Translations under genes and position numbers: made by a program
Notes under the pieces: generated by a model
The model's database searches: none
The model's input: the letters and a program-made list of their open reading frames with translations, nothing else
Told to the model about the DNA's origin: nothing
Part shown: piece by piece, positions 17,687 through 24,258 of the stretch
Position numbering within the stretch: the stretch's first letter is position 1
Layout of the letters: every line of letters starts with the position of its first letter
IMG/VR virus record: IMGVR_UViG_3300024320_000014
Span: 1-42,487 of that record
DNA length: 42,487 bases
Reading direction: 5' to 3' (one strand)
From: a virus
Taxonomy: Duplodnaviria; Caudoviricetes

Positions 17687-18124
17687 ATGAGTGAATGGAC
17701 ATATAAAAATAAAGTTGTAAATGAATTACCTGAGAATGTTGAGGGATTTGTATATCTTATTACGAATCTTACAAATAACAAAAAGTACGTAGGTAAGAAG
17801 TTAGCACGATTTAAGACTACTAAACCACCTCTTAAAGGAAGAAAGAATAAAAGACGTGGTTATAAAGAAAGTGATTGGAGAACCTATTGGGGTTCTTCTG
17901 ACCATTTAAATGCGGACGTAAAAAAATTAGGTCCCGATAAATTTTCACGTGAAATTCTACACTATTGCCCGAGTCGAGGCGCATTAAGTTACGTAGAAGC
18001 CAAAGAACAGTTTGACCGTAGAGTACTTGAAACAGATGAGTACTATAATGGTATTATCAATGTACGAGTGGGAAGTTCGAAAATTCTTACTGAGTATCTA
18101 AACAGCGTTAAGAAGAAAGTATAG
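17687..18124 (+). CDS. Stand-alone GIY-YIG family endonuclease
   Basis: GFVYLITNLTNNKKYVGKK (GIY...YIG variant), YWGSS, FSREIL, a conserved Glu (YVE) and YYN. Confidence 0.85.
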   Translation: MSEWTYKNKVVNELPENVEGFVYLITNLTNNKKYVGKKLARFKTTKPPLKGRKNKRRGYKESDWRTYWGSSDHLNADVKKLGPDKFSREILHYCPSRGALSYVEAKEQFDRRVLETDEYYNGIINVRVGSSKILTEYLNSVKKKV

Positions 18125-18362
18125 GCGCTAACAGCCACTGATAGATTCCTATCCCATCAATCAATAAGAAAAACATATTCTGTACAATCAGAGGCTTATC
18201 TTTAAGTATCAAAAAAACGTAGATAGCAATTATATGTCCTGTTGCAAATAAAGGAAATGCATATTTGGATTCTGGAATATTCAAAGATATTAAAGTACCA
18301 GCACATACAAACATGAATGTTGCTGACCATTTTATTTTTTCTATTGTTCGTGGGGATAACAT
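18108..18362 (-). CDS. Small membrane protein, 84 aa, about 3 TM helices (probable start MLSPRT at 18362)
   Basis: Hydrophobic segments (WSATFMFVCAGTLISL, FPLFATGHIIAIYVFL, LIVQNMFFLLIDGIGIYQW). The longer 18494 start would run through a terminator. CCTAAATA late motif at 18398-18391. Confidence 0.75.
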   Translation of the reverse strand: MLSPRTIEKIKWSATFMFVCAGTLISLNIPESKYAFPLFATGHIIAIYVFLILKDKPLIVQNMFFLLIDGIGIYQWLLAPILSS

Positions 18363-18400
18363 TATTCTACTCTCTAAACCGTGATATCTATATTTAGGTA

Positions 18401-18435
18401 AAAGAAAAACCCTGCACCATTTCTGATACAGGGTT
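18401..18435 (-). terminator. Intrinsic terminator of the minus-strand small RNA
   Basis: AACCCTGTATCA-GAAA-TGGTGCAGGGTT-TTTCTTT: 12-bp stem with two G-U pairs valid only on the minus strand. Confidence 0.85.
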
Positions 18436-18570
18436 CTCCGCCTTACTCCTTTTTGTGCTTTTTTCAGTGGTACGTTAAGGTCTAACCCACCCACTCTCTT
18501 TAAGAGAGCAAAGCAACAAGTACCAGTGTCGATGAGAGAGGTTTAGAGGAGACATAGGCACCCGTTGATT
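18401..18570 (-). ncRNA. Putative ~170-nt small RNA, rod-shaped with a central bubble
   Basis: Own promoter and terminator. Nested helices GCCT/AGGC, CTCCT/AGGAG, TGGTAC/GTACCA and GCTCTCT/AGAGAGT. Confidence 0.65.
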
Positions 18571-18575
18571 ATATA

Positions 18576-18624
18576 ATATTAACATACTGGACTATCAAAG
18601 TCAAGCGATTTTGTAACTTTTTTT
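18576..18624 (-). promoter_or_regulatory. Sigma70-type promoter with UP element AAAAAAAGTTACAAAA
   Basis: UP 18624-18609, TTGACT 18604-18599, 17-nt spacer ending TGt, TAATAT 18581-18576. Confidence 0.8.
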
Positions 18625-18799
18625 ACATATTGTTCTTTTTTTCTTGGATTTCTGCTCTACGTACCTTTGTAAGTTTTCCAATATCGCCTAGTGCTTTTCT
18701 GGCACGAGCCGCTGAGGCTTTTACACCTTTTTCTTCAAACTTGGCATTTTCTGCCTGATATGTTTCAATTGCTTCCATAATTTGTGCGTCTGTACTCAT
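18623..18799 (-). CDS. Small basic protein, histone H1-like Hc1 family (58 aa, not in the ORF track)
   Basis: MSTDAQIMEAIETYQAENAKFEEKGVKASAARARKALGDIGKLTKVRRAEIQEKKNNM*; AAGGAG RBS; KG.KA.A.RARK motif. Confidence 0.8.
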   Translation of the reverse strand: MSTDAQIMEAIETYQAENAKFEEKGVKASAARARKALGDIGKLTKVRRAEIQEKKNNM

Positions 18800-18803
18800 A
18801 TTA

Positions 18804-20591
18804 TTACTCCTTTATTGTGGTGGTAGTTTCCTCCTCGTGAGAAAAACTTGTAAAACCATTCTCTTTTATTACATTTAGAACGCTTTCGACACGCCCTTGC
18901 AATTCGTCTTTGTGTGAAATCAAATACACACTTCTATTTCCATCCCTTGCCATCTTCTTAAGAACAGCAAGTGATGATTCGACACCATTGGTGTCCATTC
19001 CGCTATCTATCAATTCATCAACAAATAACACGTTAATTGTGCTGTATAATGACTCGAAAATGTCACGGAAACTCCAACTTAAACCTAAAATAAGTCTGTT
19101 TCTTTCACCTCTACTTAGGTTATCAAAGTCTAAATCACGACCTAATTCAGTAATTTCTACTGTTAAATCGCTCTGGAATACAACATCATGTGGTAATCCC
19201 AACTTATCTAAGTAATGTGCTAGGCGAGAATTTAAGTAACTTAAGTTCTGGTCTATAATCTTTTTACGAATAAAACTATCTTTATTAGTTAGTAGTTTCA
19301 ATAAGAATTCTTGGTGTTCCTGTAAAGAAACCAACGAATTCATGTGTCCGTAGTCTACTTCTTCCAAGGCACTATCACGCATATCTTCTATTTGTTCTGC
19401 GTATGGGTCCTCAGTGTTCTTGTTTAGTTCTATTTGTTCTGCTAATTTCTCTACAGAAGATTGATGTTCGTATGCATCAGATAATGTACTATAGAACGTA
19501 GCAGGTTTTTTACCAATATCTCCAATACTTTCGATTAGAGTGTTATGTTCGGTTAACGAAGTTTCATTAGTAGACAGTTGTTCTGTCGCTTCGGTCTTCT
19601 GTGTACTTTTGTTTGTTAGTATCTCACCTTGTTTCTCATCGTGTATTTCTTGACCACACGCATGGCATTTATGTTCTTCGATTAGTTTTATTTCATTATC
19701 TAATCTTTCTATTAGTGCAGTTTGTTTTGTATTGTCAGCCTCGATACTATTAATCCAAGAAGTAGCAGTAGATTTAGCCGCCAAATTTTCATTATATGTA
19801 ACTAACAAAGCATGGTTCTTTAATTCACCTTCAATGTCTACATGCGACAATGATTCAAGTGCGGACTCTAATGTTTCTAAGTCTGTTTGTTGTTTGTTAC
19901 TCCAAACTTTCTGTCTACGTTCGATATCTTTAATACTTTTTAGAATACGAGCATTTGTGTCTTCTTTAGCCTTAAGTGAATATTCTTCTTCTTTGATTTG
20001 TTCTTTTGTGTTCTTTGAAATCTCTTTAAGTGCATCTGCTTTACGAGAGAGTTCTGTAATTCCTAGAAGTTCTTCGATAAGTTCACGTTGGTCACCAGCA
20101 CGTAATGCCAGAAATGGCTCAGTGTATGTATTCAGTGCAACAATGTGTTTGAACATTGCATGAGAAAGACCAATGATACTCTCTACTTCAAATTGGGTCA
20201 TTCGCATTTCACCTTGACCAGCATTCTCTACATCATTATCACCAAGTTCCATGCCATCACGCATGAAATGAAATACATTAGGAGAACGACCACGTTCAAT
20301 GCGATATTCATTTCCGTTGTATGTGAAATCAACAGTAACCATCATGCCTTTGCCGTTAGTCTTGTTAATTAGATTGTTCTGCTTAATGTTTGTAAGTGCT
20401 TTACCATATAGTCCATACGATAACGCATTGATTAAAGTGGTCTTACCAGTTCCATTACGAGAACCATCCCCACCCAAATCGATGTTGTTACCCAAGACTA
20501 AAGTCAGTTCATCTTGGTTTAATGTTACAGCCTGAGTAACATTACCCACACTCATAAAATTTCTTATTGTTATATTCTTAATTATTAACAA
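18804..20591 (-). CDS. Recombination endonuclease ATPase subunit, T4 gp46 / SbcC / Rad50-like
   Basis: Walker A NGTGKTT, zinc hook CHACGQ, signature LSRGE, Walker B LFVDE and ISH loop. Confidence 0.95.
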   Translation of the reverse strand: MLIIKNITIRNFMSVGNVTQAVTLNQDELTLVLGNNIDLGGDGSRNGTGKTTLINALSYGLYGKALTNIKQNNLINKTNGKGMMVTVDFTYNGNEYRIERGRSPNVFHFMRDGMELGDNDVENAGQGEMRMTQFEVESIIGLSHAMFKHIVALNTYTEPFLALRAGDQRELIEELLGITELSRKADALKEISKNTKEQIKEEEYSLKAKEDTNARILKSIKDIERRQKVWSNKQQTDLETLESALESLSHVDIEGELKNHALLVTYNENLAAKSTATSWINSIEADNTKQTALIERLDNEIKLIEEHKCHACGQEIHDEKQGEILTNKSTQKTEATEQLSTNETSLTEHNTLIESIGDIGKKPATFYSTLSDAYEHQSSVEKLAEQIELNKNTEDPYAEQIEDMRDSALEEVDYGHMNSLVSLQEHQEFLLKLLTNKDSFIRKKIIDQNLSYLNSRLAHYLDKLGLPHDVVFQSDLTVEITELGRDLDFDNLSRGERNRLILGLSWSFRDIFESLYSTINVLFVDELIDSGMDTNGVESSLAVLKKMARDGNRSVYLISHKDELQGRVESVLNVIKENGFTSFSHEEETTTTIKE

Positions 20592-20593
20592 AC

Positions 20594-21190
20594 TTATACC
20601 TCTCTTGCGTACGTTCCATATTGTATCGGGTCAATCGACAATTCGTTGACATTGATATACTCTGGTTGATTGATTGTCCATACGACTAACTCTGCAATGT
20701 ATTCGACATCAATCAGTTTTCTATCAGGATGTTTCTTTATCACACTTGGTGTTGTTAAACTTCCTGGTGAAATTAGTGTTGTTTTTATATTACTACCACC
20801 CATTGCTTTATAAGTTAAATCTCTATTGTAAGCCTTGAGTGCTTTCTTCTCTGTTGGGTATCTCCATGTTCTACCCTTTACACCAGTGTCAGCAGTTGAC
20901 CCAATGTTTATAATATGTCCTTTTCTATCTGCTTCTTCCATAGCATTGTATACCGCTTCAACAATCATAACTTGTTGAAACTTCCAGATTGCAGAATTGT
21001 TAATGAAGATATCAAATTCGCCCTCGATATACTTCTCTGCCAATTTTTTCTGACCTTCGCTGGTATCTAATTGATACCCATTACTCCTGCTGGCTGTTTT
21101 ATATTCAATATCAGGCATTGTGTCAAATAGATTACACATAGCCTCACATAAGCCATACTTTCGGCTCCCAGTAATTAGTATCTTTCTCAT
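20594..21190 (-). CDS. Short-chain dehydrogenase/reductase (SDR)
   Basis: KILITGSRKYGL Rossmann loop, DIFINNSA, IINIGS, catalytic YPTEK (YxxxK) and ISPG. Confidence 0.88.
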   Translation of the reverse strand: MRKILITGSRKYGLCEAMCNLFDTMPDIEYKTASRSNGYQLDTSEGQKKLAEKYIEGEFDIFINNSAIWKFQQVMIVEAVYNAMEEADRKGHIINIGSTADTGVKGRTWRYPTEKKALKAYNRDLTYKAMGGSNIKTTLISPGSLTTPSVIKKHPDRKLIDVEYIAELVVWTINQPEYINVNELSIDPIQYGTYAREV

Positions 21191-22206
21191 AAATTATTAT
21201 AAATTTCAATAAGAACGTTCCTGTCAAAACTGCCAGTATCATCTAGTGATGCTAACTGCGAAACGACAATCTCGTCTATTGTTTCGAAATGTATTTCAGC
21301 ACCAGTGTCGTTTTCATGTTCATTACTTTTGACTGGTACTAATGTTACATCTCGCAACTTGTATGTTTCTACAAATGTATCCTTAATAAAATTTGCTTCT
21401 TCGTAAGAAATATCTATATCTAGTGTTATTTTTACGTTTGTTTTTGGTAATAGATATTCGTCTGGTGCATCTAATAACTTTGATAGTGCAATCGTTCTGT
21501 ATTTTGGTGCATCTTTCCAAGTAAAGAACTCTGGTTCTTTATCCCACTCTAAGTACATCCAACCTCTATCATCATCCCAATTGTCTGAGAAGTTATGAGG
21601 GAACGCATTACCAATATAAATTACATTGTCTTTTACTTGACGTTTGTGAAAGTGACCAGTGAATACATAATCTTGATGTTTGAACATACTGCCCTTTAGT
21701 CCACCATGGTCGGGCATTTCTATCATTGCATTGAGTTGAAATGTAGGTAATTCTAAATGAGCAAAAATGTATTTTGATTCTATTTTAGGAACTTTTTTCC
21801 ATTCATCACCGACTAACCATGGAACAATAGCAACATCACCTTGTACGAGTGTGTCTCTCACTAAGACTATATTAGAAAGGTCATCAATGAATTCCATAGA
21901 ATTTACATCACGGGTTTCACGATAGAATAGGTCGTGATTGCCCAAGATGACATAAACTTTTTCGAATGCTTTGCTTAGTCTACGTAGACCAGCAAGACTA
22001 TATTTCATTGTTGATATGTTTAGACTTGACCTGTTGTGGTGCCAATCGCCTAAGAATATACAAGTTTCGCAATCTCTTTTCTTTGCGTCCTCGATAAACC
22101 AATCAACGAAATCTAAACAGTCTTCATTGTGTTGTTTTGCATTGTTCTTTAGACCCCAATGGATATCTGTAAAACAAGCGGCTTTCTTAAATAGGTTATT
22201 AGTCAT
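21187..22206 (-). CDS. Recombination endonuclease nuclease subunit, T4 gp47 / SbcD / Mre11-like (probable start MTNNLF at 22206)
   Basis: Metallophosphoesterase motifs DIHWG, FLGDWHH, GNHD and TGHFH; start coupled to the upstream stop. Confidence 0.93.
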   Translation of the reverse strand: MTNNLFKKAACFTDIHWGLKNNAKQHNEDCLDFVDWFIEDAKKRDCETCIFLGDWHHNRSSLNISTMKYSLAGLRRLSKAFEKVYVILGNHDLFYRETRDVNSMEFIDDLSNIVLVRDTLVQGDVAIVPWLVGDEWKKVPKIESKYIFAHLELPTFQLNAMIEMPDHGGLKGSMFKHQDYVFTGHFHKRQVKDNVIYIGNAFPHNFSDNWDDDRGWMYLEWDKEPEFFTWKDAPKYRTIALSKLLDAPDEYLLPKTNVKITLDIDISYEEANFIKDTFVETYKLRDVTLVPVKSNEHENDTGAEIHFETIDEIVVSQLASLDDTGSFDRNVLIEIYNNL

Positions 22207-23068
22207 TGTCGGCATAAATCTCTTTAATGGTTTCTGTTGGAATAGCATCGTCTGTAATTTTTGTTTTTACGACTTTCTGCCAACGCTCCTGAGATTTCAT
22301 TTCGTGTGCCAGTTGTCTTGTCCAACTTGGCGCCTGCCCTGCTTTTTCGAGCAAGTCATCACGTATGCCTTGATTTTTCTTTTCTATATTAAGTACACGA
22401 GTGAATGAATTGTTCACTACTGTTGTGTAGTAAGCAAAGGGATTATCACTCTTATCTTCGTTAAATTGTAGTCCAATTTGTGCCAATTGTAGCAATGCTT
22501 GACCACGCATTTCATCAATATATGTATATCCACGCCAGTTTGACCTCTGAGAGTATCTTTCTACGAGTTTAATATACATCGTTGCCAACACGGCTGTAAT
22601 TTTACCAGAACTTAAATCAAATTCTTTCTCTTTGTTGTAATGTGAAATTCCTACTTCATTAAGTTTTCCATCTACATATGTGTGATGGGTGAATGCAGGA
22701 AATGGTAATTTTACTTTGTGGTCTGCTGGTGTCTTTGGGTTTGCTTTACGACCCGGTTCATCGGGTATATGGTCAAATCCCATTACACGGAATATAATCT
22801 CGTCTTCCGTAAAAGAAGTAGGGTCAACTTCAAAATCTACCTGTTTCTTCTTTTTATCCTCATTAGCATCCCAAGCCAATTTTTGCAAACGTTTTGCTTT
22901 GTTTTGTCTTGCTTGTTCTACTGCATCAGGGATTTCTTTAGTTGAATACAGTATCATATCATGCTGGTGATGTTTATCTCTATCTTCAAACCAACAATAG
23001 TTTGACTTAGAGATATGTATCTGTTTCAACATATCCTTGTTATTTAAGTAGTTTTGTCGTCTTGCCAT
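22199..23068 (-). CDS. Late-transcription sigma factor, T4 gp55-like
   Basis: NYLNNKDML N-terminus, NWRGYTYIDEM and FNEDKSDNPFAYYT motifs; canonical position upstream of gp47/gp46. Confidence 0.88.
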   Translation of the reverse strand: MARRQNYLNNKDMLKQIHISKSNYCWFEDRDKHHQHDMILYSTKEIPDAVEQARQNKAKRLQKLAWDANEDKKKKQVDFEVDPTSFTEDEIIFRVMGFDHIPDEPGRKANPKTPADHKVKLPFPAFTHHTYVDGKLNEVGISHYNKEKEFDLSSGKITAVLATMYIKLVERYSQRSNWRGYTYIDEMRGQALLQLAQIGLQFNEDKSDNPFAYYTTVVNNSFTRVLNIEKKNQGIRDDLLEKAGQAPSWTRQLAHEMKSQERWQKVVKTKITDDAIPTETIKEIYADND

Positions 23069-23093
23069 AGTCTATTCTCCTAATATTACAACA

Positions 23094-23123
23094 ATTATAA
23101 CATAAAAACCCAACGGTTGTCAA
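23094..23123 (-). promoter_or_regulatory. Sigma70-type promoter for the gp55-gp47-SDR-gp46-Hc1 operon
   Basis: TTGACA (23123-23118), 18-nt spacer ending TGt, TATAAT (23099-23094). Confidence 0.85.
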
Positions 23124-23163
23124 CCATATAAACACTATATATAGTAAAAACTTCCTAGTCCAG

Positions 23164-23192
23164 AAACTTCGCATATAATAGAACGATAAATA
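23164..23192 (+). promoter_or_regulatory. Late promoter GATAAATA with upstream AAACTTCG element
   Basis: AAACTTCG (23164-23171), 13 nt, GATAAATA (23185-23192). Confidence 0.6.
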
Positions 23193-23221
23193 CTGTTATA
23201 AAGATTTAGGAGAAAAGAGTT

Positions 23222-23971
23222 ATGGCAAGTCCATATTATACAAAACAACCAGTATACTTAGAAGACCCTAGTGGTAGATTTGATAACATTTTATCAAATA
23301 AAAGAGATTTAGGCCCAGCCGTTGTAGGTCCATCAATGACCATTCCTGGCGAGTGGGTTGAGGTGCCTGGTAATAATAGTTATAGGGCTCCAGGACAAAC
23401 CTTTGATTTGGGTAGTTCACCGGGAGAGACACGCAGTAACTTAGAAATTCATGGACCTACTAGACTTAATTTTCCGTATACGCCCACTACTTCTATAATC
23501 AATAGTGCAAACTATTCGTCTTATGACTTGACACATAGTAACTTTCAACAACGTGCGTTTGATAGTCATATGAATATGGAAATCAACATAACAGCACCAA
23601 TGATTGTAAGAAGTGAAGAAGAAGCATTGTATGTATATAAGGCGGCAACATGGATTAGAAGTACGATGAAGATGTCTTGGAAGAATGACGTAGACCCTGG
23701 CATGCCACCACCGATATTGCGATTTAACGCACATGGAATATATGAAGATGTGCCTTGTGTTGTTCGTGACTTTACGTGGAACTTAGACTCAGATATAGAT
23801 TATATAGAAATACAAGACCCAACATCAGACAAATTCAAAGTAATGAGAGTGCCAGTTACAAATATGTTTGTATTGACCTTATCAGTTACTTACTCACCTA
23901 AGAGTATAAGAGAGAACTTTAGTGTTAAAGATTATCTTACGGGCAATTTAAAGGACAAAGGCTATGTATAA
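23222..23971 (+). CDS. Baseplate tail-tube cap / initiator protein (gp48/gp54-like)
   Basis: FPYTP...Y....LTHSN and G.PPPILRFNAHG...VPCVV..F motifs; precedes a gp53-like gene. Confidence 0.65.
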   Translation: MASPYYTKQPVYLEDPSGRFDNILSNKRDLGPAVVGPSMTIPGEWVEVPGNNSYRAPGQTFDLGSSPGETRSNLEIHGPTRLNFPYTPTTSIINSANYSSYDLTHSNFQQRAFDSHMNMEINITAPMIVRSEEEALYVYKAATWIRSTMKMSWKNDVDPGMPPPILRFNAHGIYEDVPCVVRDFTWNLDSDIDYIEIQDPTSDKFKVMRVPVTNMFVLTLSVTYSPKSIRENFSVKDYLTGNLKDKGYV

Positions 23972-24254
23972 AGAAGAATCACCATGGAATAGAACAGGAA
24001 TCATAGACGAAACTGTACTAGATATAATGAAAAAGAGATTTATCTATAAAGACCCATTTGATGCATATTACACGATACCTCAAGAATTTGACGAACGTCC
24101 AGATTTGTGCAGTTATAAGATGTATGGTACTGCGAAGTATTGGTGGATATTTGCCACTAGAAATGCAGATATTATAATTGACCCTATTAGAGATTTTTCT
24201 GCAGGAACCGAGATTAGAATCCCAAGCAAAGATAACATAGCAAATATGGTGTAA
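23964..24254 (+). CDS. Baseplate wedge protein, T4 gp53-like (LysM-like)
   Basis: ERPDLCSYKMYGTAKYWWIFATRN...DP...G..IRIP motif. Confidence 0.88.
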   Translation: MYKEESPWNRTGIIDETVLDIMKKRFIYKDPFDAYYTIPQEFDERPDLCSYKMYGTAKYWWIFATRNADIIIDPIRDFSAGTEIRIPSKDNIANMV

Positions 24255-24258
24255 AATA

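Noticed and set aside
18363-18494. N-terminal extension of the membrane protein ORF
   Set aside because: It runs through a terminator and the small RNA; the ATG at 18362 has its own promoter motif and purine-rich leader.
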